Assembly: GCF_000020385.1 (NCBI RefSeq)
Contig: NC_010814.1
Coordinates: forward strand, 3,300,001-3,332,000
Direction: 5' to 3'
DNA length: 32,000 bases
Origin: Trichlorobacter lovleyi SZ
GTDB taxonomy: Bacteria; Desulfobacterota; Desulfuromonadia; Geobacterales; Pseudopelobacteraceae
A model generated the notes under the pieces. That model had not been told where the DNA came from. It saw only the letters and a program-made list of their open reading frames with translations, and ran no database searches. How positions within the stretch are numbered: the stretch's first letter is position 1; every line of letters begins with the position of its first letter. The translations under genes and the position numbers were made by a program. This document shows, piece after piece, positions 25,208-32,000 of this stretch.

Positions 25208-26739
25208 CAGGTTCCTCCTTCCTGCGCGTCCCGCTGCTCGATCAGGTCGATGAAGACCTGCTCCAGGCTGGGCAGCAGACCGTCCACGGCTTGTTGCCGC
25301 TTCAGCTCCAACGGTGTACCGACTGCCACCAGCTCACCCCGGTAGATCAGGGCCAGCCGGTCGCAGTACTCAGCCTCGTCCATGTAGTGGGTCGTCACGA
25401 AGATCGTCACCCCTTCGGAAGCCAGGTTGTGAATCAGTTGCCAGAAACGGCGGCGGTTGAGTGGATCGACCCCGGCGGTCGGTTCATCCAGAAAGATGAT
25501 CGGCGGGCGGTGCAGCAGGGCACAGCCCAGGGCCAGGCGCTGCCGCCAGCCGGCGGAGAGTTCACCGGCTTTGGAATTGCGACGTTCAGTCAGTCCGGCC
25601 ATCTCAATGACCCAATCAGCCCGTTCGGCCAGTTCTTTTGCAGGCAAACGGTAGATGCCACCGTAAAAGGCAATATTCTCTGCCACAGTCAGGTCTTCGT
25701 AGAGCGAGAACTTTTGACTCATGTAGCCGATGTTCTCCTTGATCAGCTCGGCCTGACCGGCAACATCGAAACCGGCCACCATCCCGTTGCCGCTGCTCGG
25801 CTCCAGGATACCGCACAGCATCCGGATGGTGGTGGATTTACCGGCCCCGTTGGGGCCCAGGAAACCGAAGATCTCCCCCTTGGGCACGGTCAGGCTGATG
25901 CTGTTGACCGCCACGAAATCGCCGAAGCAACGGGTCAGACCGGCAAGCGTCACTGCCGGGGCTGCTGCGTGCAGTTCCGGCGCAGGACGCCGCCTGACCG
26001 CAGTATCGGCCCCTTTTCCCAGCACTGTGATAAAGACATCCTCAAGAGTCGGATTCTGGATGGCCGGATCTGCCAGCGCTTTCAGGTTCTGCGGCCGGTC
26101 GCAGGCCAACAGCCTGCCATGGTGCAACAGCCCCACCCGGTGGCAGCGCTCGGCCTCATCCAGATAGGCGGTGGCTACCATGATGGTAACCCCTTCCGCC
26201 AGCAGGGTGTCAAGGATGCGCCAGAAATCGCGGCGCGAAACCGGATCGACGCCGTTGGTCGGCTCATCCAGAAACAGCACTTGGGGGGTGTGGATCAGGG
26301 CGCAGCACAGCCCCAGCTTCTGCTTCATCCCGCCGGACAACGCCCCGGCCCTGCGTTTGGTGAAGGGAGTCAAGCCGCTCATCGCCAGCAACCGCTCGGC
26401 CCGGGCGGTCCATTCGGCCTTGGGAACACCGAAAATATCTGCGTGGAAGCGGATATTTTCCATCACAGTCAGATCAGGGTAAAGCCCGAAGCGCTGGCTC
26501 ATATAGCCGATCCGGGAACGGACCGGCTCCAGGTCATGGCAGGGAAAACCCAGCACCGTGGCATCACCGCTGCCGGCATCCAGTACCCCGGTCAGCATCC
26601 GCAGGGTGGTGGTCTTGCCGGCGCCATCTGATCCGACCAGACCGAACAGCTCACCCTTGGGGATGCTAAGGTCAAGACCATCCACAGCGGTCAGTGCGCC
26701 AAAGCGTTTGGTGAGATTGGAGAGTTCAATAGCATTCAT
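25207..26739 (-). CDS. ABC transporter ATP-binding protein with duplicated ATPase domains (YbhF-like)
   Basis: Two Walker A motifs (GSDGAGKTT, GPNGAGKST) and two signature motifs (LSGGMKQK, LSAGWRQR) are present. The ATG is at 26739; a TTG one codon upstream is possible. The 482-aa antisense ORF is shadow. Confidence 0.9.
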   Translation of the reverse strand: MNAIELSNLTKRFGALTAVDGLDLSIPKGELFGLVGSDGAGKTTTLRMLTGVLDAGSGDATVLGFPCHDLEPVRSRIGYMSQRFGLYPDLTVMENIRFHADIFGVPKAEWTARAERLLAMSGLTPFTKRRAGALSGGMKQKLGLCCALIHTPQVLFLDEPTNGVDPVSRRDFWRILDTLLAEGVTIMVATAYLDEAERCHRVGLLHHGRLLACDRPQNLKALADPAIQNPTLEDVFITVLGKGADTAVRRRPAPELHAAAPAVTLAGLTRCFGDFVAVNSISLTVPKGEIFGFLGPNGAGKSTTIRMLCGILEPSSGNGMVAGFDVAGQAELIKENIGYMSQKFSLYEDLTVAENIAFYGGIYRLPAKELAERADWVIEMAGLTERRNSKAGELSAGWRQRLALGCALLHRPPIIFLDEPTAGVDPLNRRRFWQLIHNLASEGVTIFVTTHYMDEAEYCDRLALIYRGELVAVGTPLELKRQQAVDGLLPSLEQVFIDLIEQRDAQEGGT

Positions 26740-26764
26740 CAAGACCAGTCCAGGCGATGTCAGA

Positions 26765-26868
26765 ATTCAGATGATACCAAGGCGGTGAGGAGCAATCGAC
26801 GCAGGCATAGTTAAGCGCTATGTCGAGGAGTTTTCGACGAACCAACGCCGGTAGCGCTGGATTATGGC
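26765..26868 (+). repeat. Structured repeat family, copy C (core 26781-26846)
   Basis: Blocks are ggcggtga, cgacgcaggc, gtcgaggag, cgacgaaccaac. The hairpin is catag-ttaagcg-ctatg, compensatory relative to copy A. It fills the spacer between the adaptor and ATPase genes and contains the adaptor gene's stop codon. Confidence 0.65.
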
Positions 26869-27845
26869 ATCGTAATCACCGCATCCACCGGCATGCCCGG
26901 CTTCAGTTCCTGCTTCGGATTGGCAATCGTGACCTTGATACGATAGACCAGCTTGACCCGTTCAGCCTCGGTCTGTACGTTGCGCGGGGTGAATTCGGCC
27001 TCGGAGGCTATGAAGCTGACCGTGCCCTGATAGGTGCGCCCCTTCCAGGTATCACTGCTGACGGAAACCTGCTGACCCAGCTTAATCTTGCCCAACTGGG
27101 GCTCCGGCAGGAAGGCCCGCACCCAGACCTCGTCGAGACGGGCCACAGTGATCACCGGGCTGCCGGCAGCCAGCAGCTCACCCGGCTCGGCATGTTTAGC
27201 AAGCACCGTACCGTTGAGCGGAGCGGCCAGCACCGCCTGGGACAAGCGGATATCGGCCAGTGAACGGGATGCCGTTGCCCCTTCCAGGCGGGCCCGGGCG
27301 GCCCGCACCGCGTCAGGCCGGGGACCGGCCTTGGCCAGCTGCAGGCGCTGTTCTGCCTCACGCACCGCCGCAGCGGCAGCATCCCTGACTGCCCGGGCAG
27401 CATCCAGCTCCTTGCGGGGAATCACCTCTTTCCTGAACAACGCCTCGGCCCGGACAGCATCCTGGGCGGCCCGCTCTGATTCGGCCTTGAGCCGGGCAAG
27501 GGTGGCAGCAGTGGCGGCAATCTCCTCCTGGCGGCTACCGGCCCTCAGGTCGGCAAGCACAGCCTGAGCTGCCTGTTGATCAGCGGCACGGGCCAAACGC
27601 TCGTCCTTCAGCTCGTCATCCTCCAGCCGGGCTACAACCTGACCGGCCCTGACCTGCTGCCCTTCATCCACCAACCGTTCTTTGAGACGGCCCGGCACCT
27701 TGAATGAAACCGCTACCGTGGTGGCCTCTATCGTGCCGGTTAGCCTGAGCCTCCCGTTGGCAGCCTGCGTACGGCGCATAACCATTACAGCCAGCACTCC
27801 CAGCACCAAAACAGCAAGCAGACCAATCAGTACCTTTTTTTTCAT
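26862..27845 (-). CDS. HlyD-family periplasmic adaptor (YbhG-like), 327 aa
   Basis: RBS AAAGGGAG precedes the ATG at 27845. The N-terminal TM anchor is MKKKVLIGLLAVLVLGVLAVMV. An Ala/Arg/Glu-rich coiled-coil hairpin and a beta-barrel C-terminus are present. Confidence 0.85.
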   Translation of the reverse strand: MKKKVLIGLLAVLVLGVLAVMVMRRTQAANGRLRLTGTIEATTVAVSFKVPGRLKERLVDEGQQVRAGQVVARLEDDELKDERLARAADQQAAQAVLADLRAGSRQEEIAATAATLARLKAESERAAQDAVRAEALFRKEVIPRKELDAARAVRDAAAAAVREAEQRLQLAKAGPRPDAVRAARARLEGATASRSLADIRLSQAVLAAPLNGTVLAKHAEPGELLAAGSPVITVARLDEVWVRAFLPEPQLGKIKLGQQVSVSSDTWKGRTYQGTVSFIASEAEFTPRNVQTEAERVKLVYRIKVTIANPKQELKPGMPVDAVITMP

Positions 27846-27980
27846 CCTGCTACTCCCTTTTGACTTCATAGCGCGTGCATATCTGTTCATACCATAACAG
27901 CCGGCATGCTGCCAGACCTGTGCAGGCATGCACCACCCTCCATACACGCCGGCATCACAAAATTCTGCAGGAGAAACAGC

Positions 27981-28020
27981 AAAAAAAAAAGACTCCTGAA
28001 ACGATCTTGTTTCAGGAGTC
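27981..28020 (-). terminator. Rho-independent terminator after the YjfB-like gene
   Basis: The minus strand reads gactcctgaaac-aagatc-gtttcaggagtc followed by a T10 run. Confidence 0.85.
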
Positions 28021-28062
28021 ACGATGGTATTCTGACTTTCTGCTCAGATGTACTGAATACGG

Positions 28063-28254
28063 TCAGGCGTAGGTAGAGAATCCATAATCAGGACTTTTTA
28101 CCGCTTGCGGTGCCTGCTTGGAATTATTCTGAATCATGGAAGCAATCTGATTCTGTGCATCAGCGTTCTGTTTGATCATTGATGCCGACAACGCCTGCTG
28201 GGTCTGCGACGACTTCATAAGACTGGCTGCACCTGCTATTGAACTAACGTCCAT
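28063..28254 (-). CDS. YjfB-family putative motility protein (63 aa)
   Basis: RBS AGGAAGGAGG precedes the ATG at 28254. MDVSSIAGAASLMKSSQTQQALSASMIKQNADAQ matches the remembered YjfB_motility pattern (MDISSI...Q.....S..v.K.a.d.q). Confidence 0.65.
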   Translation of the reverse strand: MDVSSIAGAASLMKSSQTQQALSASMIKQNADAQNQIASMIQNNSKQAPQAVKSPDYGFSTYA

Positions 28255-28414
28255 AATGCACCTCCTTCCTAGTGCTTTTATTATTTCACCAGAGCCTGAA
28301 GAATGCAAATATTTTTTGACTACTCTGGTGTAGTTACTTTTTAATGTGGCTTTTCAAGCGTAAATCTTCTGCTATACTTTTGTCCAACAAGCTGCCGCTA
28401 CAAGGGAGGCACAA

Positions 28415-28861
28415 ATGAAAATCGAGTGGTGGTACTGGTTACTGGCTGGCTTTATACTGATTGGACTTGAGTTGGTAATCCCCTCATTTACCATTATCTG
28501 GTTTGGGTTAGGCGCCCTGCTGGTCGGCATCCTGGTCGTATTACTTCCCTCATTACCCGACTGGTTGCAGGTACTGCTCTGGGCGCTGGCCTCGGTGGCC
28601 TTTACCGTGATGTGGTTCAAGTATCTCAAGCCCAAGGGAGACCGTACCCATGCTGGCCTTTCTAAGGAAGGGATCATCGGCGAGACCGGCATTATTATCA
28701 AGGGCACATCTGACAGCTACGCCAAAGGTAGGCTCAGATTCAGGATATCCATTCTGGGAGCGGATGAATGGGCCTGTTTTGCCGAAGAACCGCTGAATGT
28801 TGGTGATACAGTCATCGTTGAAGACATTGAAGGCCAAATTTTAAAAGTACGGAAGTTTTAG
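28415..28861 (+). CDS. NfeD-family membrane protein
   Basis: RBS AGGGAGG is present. The N-terminal TM helices are followed by a C-terminal OB-like soluble domain (GRLRFRISILGADEWACF...GDTVIVEDIEGQILKV). The gene is immediately upstream of an SPFH gene. Confidence 0.8.
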   Translation: MKIEWWYWLLAGFILIGLELVIPSFTIIWFGLGALLVGILVVLLPSLPDWLQVLLWALASVAFTVMWFKYLKPKGDRTHAGLSKEGIIGETGIIIKGTSDSYAKGRLRFRISILGADEWACFAEEPLNVGDTVIVEDIEGQILKVRKF

Positions 28862-28870
28862 GAGGAAGAG

Positions 28871-29719
28871 ATGCCAGCACTATTCGTTGTTGCAGTCCTG
28901 TTTATTGTTGTTGCCGCCACCATCTTTGCGGGAGTCAAAACGGTCCCACAGGGTCAGGAATGGGTGGTTGAGCGGCTTGGCAAGTTTCATAAGGCGTTAA
29001 AGCCGGGACTTAACTTTATTGTCCCCTACATCGACAATGTTTCCTACCGGGTCTCCACCAAAGGGGATGTACTCTCAATCGGCTCTCAGGAGGTCATCAC
29101 CAAGGATAATGCCGTAATTATTACCAACGCCGTGGCCTTTATCAAGGTAACGGACCCCACCCGCGCCGTCTACGAGATCCAGAACTATGAATATGCCATC
29201 CAGAATCTGGTGATGACCTCCTTACGGGCCATTATCGGCCAGATGGATCTTAACAATGCCCTGTCGGAGCGCGAGCATATCAAGGCACGCCTGCAGGAAA
29301 ACATTGCCAAAGAGGTCGCCAACTGGGGTATTTATGTCCAGTCCGTTGAAATCCAGGATATCAAACCCTCAGAATCAATGCAGCGGGCGATGGAGCAGCA
29401 AGCCAGTGCCGACCGCTTCAAGCAGGCCACCATCCTTGAGGCAGAAGGCAAGCGCGAAGCGATGATCCGCGAGGCGGATGGAAAGCTTGAGGCTGCCAAG
29501 CGTGAGGCAGAAGCCCAGGTCCGCCTGGCACAGGCCTCGGCACGTGCAATTTCGGACATCAGTGAATCGGTCAAGGACCGTGACCTGCCGACCCTGTTCC
29601 TGCTGGGCGATCGCTATATCAGTGCAATTCAGAAAATGGCAACCTCCCAGAACTCAAAAATGGTCATGCTGCCGGCAGACCTCCCTGCTGCCATACGGGG
29701 CATGATGGGGAAAAGCTAG
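28871..29719 (+). CDS. SPFH/band-7 (stomatin-like, QmcA-type) membrane protein
   Basis: An N-terminal TM segment is present, with the SPFH core (VPQGQEWVVERLGKFHK...IITKDNAVI) and a C-terminal coiled-coil rich in A/E/R. Confidence 0.85.
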   Translation: MPALFVVAVLFIVVAATIFAGVKTVPQGQEWVVERLGKFHKALKPGLNFIVPYIDNVSYRVSTKGDVLSIGSQEVITKDNAVIITNAVAFIKVTDPTRAVYEIQNYEYAIQNLVMTSLRAIIGQMDLNNALSEREHIKARLQENIAKEVANWGIYVQSVEIQDIKPSESMQRAMEQQASADRFKQATILEAEGKREAMIREADGKLEAAKREAEAQVRLAQASARAISDISESVKDRDLPTLFLLGDRYISAIQKMATSQNSKMVMLPADLPAAIRGMMGKS

Positions 29720-30193
29720 GTGCAACGTACCCATGACTACTGGATGGACAAGGCAATCGCCGAGGCCCGTAAGGCTGAGGTGATTGCCGAGGTACCGATC
29801 GGCTGCGTAATTGTTCAGAACAATCGAATCATTGCCCGTGCCCATAACCTGCGTGAGGCCAAACAGGACCCCGCTGCCCACGCCGAGCTGCTGGCCATCC
29901 GCAAGGCAGCACGCAAACTGGGCAACTGGCGCCTGCTTGAGACCACGTTATATGTCACCCTTGAACCCTGCCTGATGTGCATGGGGGCCATTCTGCTGGC
30001 ACGCATCCCCACGGTGGTCTTCGGCTGCCATGATCCCAAGGCCGGCGCTGCCGGCTCTCTCTACGACCTTTCCAATGACCCACGCCTCAATCACCGCTTT
30101 GAACTTGTCAGCGGCATCCGCCGGCAGGAATGCTCAAGCATGCTCTCTGAATTTTTTGCTGCACTGCGCCTCAAAAGGCGTAGCGACCAATGA
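29720..30193 (+). CDS. tadA: tRNA adenosine(34) deaminase
   Basis: A GTG start is needed to include the conserved HDYWM N-terminus. The deaminase motifs are HAELLAI and PCLMCMGA. The start directly abuts the SPFH stop. Confidence 0.85.
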   Translation: MQRTHDYWMDKAIAEARKAEVIAEVPIGCVIVQNNRIIARAHNLREAKQDPAAHAELLAIRKAARKLGNWRLLETTLYVTLEPCLMCMGAILLARIPTVVFGCHDPKAGAAGSLYDLSNDPRLNHRFELVSGIRRQECSSMLSEFFAALRLKRRSDQ

Positions 30194-30229
30194 CAGGGTT
30201 GAGTTTTTCAGCGGTATGATGTATAGACA

Positions 30230-30259
30230 AACCGGCCTGAGCAATCAGGCCGGTTTTTT
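30230..30259 (+). terminator. Rho-independent terminator after tadA
   Basis: aaccggcctga, loop gcaa, tcaggccggtt, followed by tttt. Confidence 0.8.
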
Positions 30260-30261
30260 CA

Positions 30262-30349
30262 GGAGGGGTGTCCGAGAGGTCGAAGGTGACAGACTCGAAA
30301 TCTGTTGTACCGCAAGGTACCCAGGGTTCGAATCCCTGCCCCTCCGCCA
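30262..30349 (+). tRNA. tRNA-Ser (anticodon CGA)
   Basis: I folded this by hand. The acceptor is ggagggg/cccctcc. The anticodon stem is acaga/tctgt with loop ctCGAaa. The long variable arm is tgtaccgcaaggtacc. The T-arm is cagggttcgaatccctg, and the 3' CCA is encoded. Confidence 0.9.
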
Positions 30350-30385
30350 TAGAATAATCCGGATTAGTCCGGCGTAGTAAATAAA

Positions 30386-30415
30386 GCCTCGAATTTTCGG
30401 GGCTTTTTCTTTTTC
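30386..30415 (+). terminator. Hairpin with a T-run downstream of the tRNA
   Basis: gcctcg, loop aatttt, cggggc, followed by tttttcttttt. Confidence 0.5.
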
Positions 30416-30435
30416 TGTTGTTCTGGCTAGTCCGT

Positions 30436-30528
30436 ATTGGTATGCTTGAGTCAGGTCTGTTTGTTGGTATATCAGTTGGTGCTCACTTCATACCAACAAA
30501 ACAAATACCAACAAAAAGAATACCAACA
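30436..30528. promoter_or_regulatory. Array of ATACCAACA / TGTTGGTAT repeats, putative integrase arm-type or regulatory sites
   Basis: Direct copies lie at 30490-30498, 30505-30513 and 30520-30528, with a 15-nt period. Inverted copies lie at 30462-30470 and, partially, 30436-30443. Confidence 0.45.
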
Positions 30529-30545
30529 TGGGAGGAACAGCAGCC

Positions 30546-31784
30546 ATGCCACGTCAAAACGCCCCCCTCGCGGACATTCAAGTCAATAAAGCCAAGAAAA
30601 AAGAAAAAGATTACAAGCTGTCAGACGGCGGTGGTTTGCACTTGCTGGTAACCAAAACGGGCGGGAAACTGTGGCGGATGCAATATCGTTTCGACGGCAA
30701 ACAGAAAATGTTGTCTTTCGGGGCGTATCCAGCCATTTCCCTGGCTGATGCACGGCAACGCAGGGAGGATGCACGCAAGCTGCTGGCAAATGGTCAAGAC
30801 CCGGCAGCGGTTAAGAAAGCTGTTCAGGAGGCCGCTGTTGTAGCCGCTGCGTCCACCTTTGCGATTGTGGCCGGTGAATGGTTCCAGAAGCGCAAGCCGG
30901 AATGGGTAGACAGCCACGCCGTATCCGTCAAGGGGCGGCTTGATAACTATATTCTGCCAGCGTTCGGCAGCAAACCAATTGTAGAGGTCACGGCGGCAGA
31001 TGTTCGCACCATGTTGTTAAAGATTGAGGCACGGGGGACTATAGAGGCAGCCAAACGGGTAAAGGTCATCTGCGGGCAGGTTTTCAGGTATGCGGCAGCC
31101 CATGACCTGATTCAGCATGACCCATCGGCAGCACTCAAGCCGTCTGAACTATTCCGCAAGGTAGAAAAACGGCACTTTGCAGCCGTTACAGACCCGAAAG
31201 AACTTGCACCACTGCTGCGGTCAATCGAGGGCTACACTGGCAGCATTGAAACCCGTTGTGCCTTGCGACTGCTGCCTATGTTGCTGATGCGTCCCGGTGA
31301 ACTCAGGCATTTAGAATGGTCTGAAATAGACCGTGAAGCAGGACAGATAAATATTCCAGCCGAAAAAATGAAGATGAGAACTGCCCACACCGTACCGCTT
31401 TGCAAACAAGCTCTGGCTATTCTGGAAGAGATCAGGCCACTGACCGGACACGGCAAATATGTTTTCCCTTCCACCAGATCAGCAGAACGTCCCATTTCTG
31501 ATAACACCCTGAATGCCTGTTTCCGGCGGATGGGGTACGATAGCGACACCGTGACAGCTCACGGATTCCGCGCAACTGCCAGAACCATTCTGGATGAAGT
31601 GCTGGGGTTCCGCCCTGACATTATTGAGCATCAGCTTGCACATGCTGTGAAAGATCCAAACGGCAGGGCTTACAACCGGACGGCTTTTATCGATGATCGA
31701 CGGAAGATGATGCAGCAATGGTCAGACTATCTGGACAGCCTGAAGGCCGGGGCGAAGGTGATACCAATATCAAAGGCGGCATGA
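30546..31784 (+). CDS. Tyrosine recombinase, P4/CP4-57-type phage integrase
   Basis: RBS GGGAGGAA precedes the ATG at 30546. The DUF4102-like N-terminus is YKLSDGGGLHLLVTKTGGKLWRMQYRF. The catalytic region includes HGFRATARTIL and the HQLAH..NGRAYNR Tyr motif. The gene is adjacent to a tRNA gene. Confidence 0.9.
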   Translation: MPRQNAPLADIQVNKAKKKEKDYKLSDGGGLHLLVTKTGGKLWRMQYRFDGKQKMLSFGAYPAISLADARQRREDARKLLANGQDPAAVKKAVQEAAVVAAASTFAIVAGEWFQKRKPEWVDSHAVSVKGRLDNYILPAFGSKPIVEVTAADVRTMLLKIEARGTIEAAKRVKVICGQVFRYAAAHDLIQHDPSAALKPSELFRKVEKRHFAAVTDPKELAPLLRSIEGYTGSIETRCALRLLPMLLMRPGELRHLEWSEIDREAGQINIPAEKMKMRTAHTVPLCKQALAILEEIRPLTGHGKYVFPSTRSAERPISDNTLNACFRRMGYDSDTVTAHGFRATARTILDEVLGFRPDIIEHQLAHAVKDPNGRAYNRTAFIDDRRKMMQQWSDYLDSLKAGAKVIPISKAA

Positions 31785-32000
31785 ATCATTAGCCGCACTT
31801 CTATTCCCCCAAACGGGGAGAACCACAACATGCTTCTCATATTATTGCCACCCCACCCCCTACATTTTTATTCTGCCATGGGGGGATGGGGGGATATTTT
31901 AAGCGCCCCGGTGCAGGTGGTTATGTTTCCCGTAATACCTGCTTGAAATTTGGCTGACAGAGTGTAGTGTATACAACACAGCAATCAAAACGACCAAGGG

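Larger units (their letters stand above)
30350..32000 (+). mobile_element. Left end of a tRNA-Ser-integrated genomic island or prophage; it continues beyond the window
   Basis: A tRNA 3' end is followed by an integrase. GC drops visibly relative to the flanking core genes. The cargo and the attR direct repeat are not in the window. Confidence 0.55.

Noticed and set aside
25183-26631. A 482-aa plus-strand ORF antisense to the ABC ATPase gene.
   Set aside because: It is a shadow ORF. The minus frame has two complete Walker A, signature and Walker B sets.
27900-27935. A possible sigma54 element on the minus strand (TGGCAGCATGCCGGCT) upstream of the HlyD-type gene.
   Set aside because: The GG/GC spacing fits, but the -12 box (CGGC against TTGC) is poor. 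In GC-rich DNA this is too weak to call.
31850-31966. A 38-aa ORF (MLLILLPPHPLHFYSAMGGWGDILSAPVQVVMFPVIPA) after the integrase gene.
   Set aside because: Its composition is driven by C-run and G-run inverted repeats, and there is no support beyond a weak RBS.
1-32000. I looked for CRISPR arrays, rRNA genes, IS elements or transposases, and toxin-antitoxin pairs.
   Set aside because: I found no regularly spaced 25-40 nt direct repeats, no rRNA-like conserved stretches and no transposase-like ORFs. The only recombinase is the tRNA-adjacent integrase.

Overview
High-GC (roughly 58-60% by eye) bacterial chromosomal segment. Gene content and sigma54-style promoters resemble Geobacter/Desulfuromonadales; this is inference only, no search was possible.

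Layout, left to right:
- 3' part of a cusA-type Cu/Ag RND pump plus a His/Met-rich periplasmic protein.
- A cobalamin riboswitch controlling a cobU-cobT-cobS-cobC nucleotide-loop assembly operon.
- A 966-aa secreted protein of unknown function, a DUF3467-like gene, and two unannotated tandem paralogous ~50-aa membrane peptides behind a sigma54-type promoter with upstream palindromes.
- A ComEA-like HhH protein.
- Hopanoid side-chain genes hpnJ-hpnK, a small DMT protein and proC.
- A lower-GC accessory islet: TIR-like pseudogene stub, small ORF, cytoplasmic GH13 amylase and a hypothetical gene.
- aroK, a 421-aa acidic hypothetical and a Cys-rich 56-aa ORF.
- A polysaccharide deacetylase, Usp and IclR.
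- A YbhG/F/S/R-type ABC-2 exporter operon.
- A YjfB-like gene, then NfeD-SPFH-tadA.
- tRNA-Ser(CGA) followed by a P4-type integrase, marking the left end of an integrated island that runs off the window.

The most unusual signal is a structured ~70-100 nt repeat family present three times. Two copies sit on the 3' ends of minus-strand genes. One copy is inserted in-frame inside an ABC-2 permease gene.

No CRISPR array, rRNA or transposase was seen. All family names come from motif recognition by eye, not from searches.
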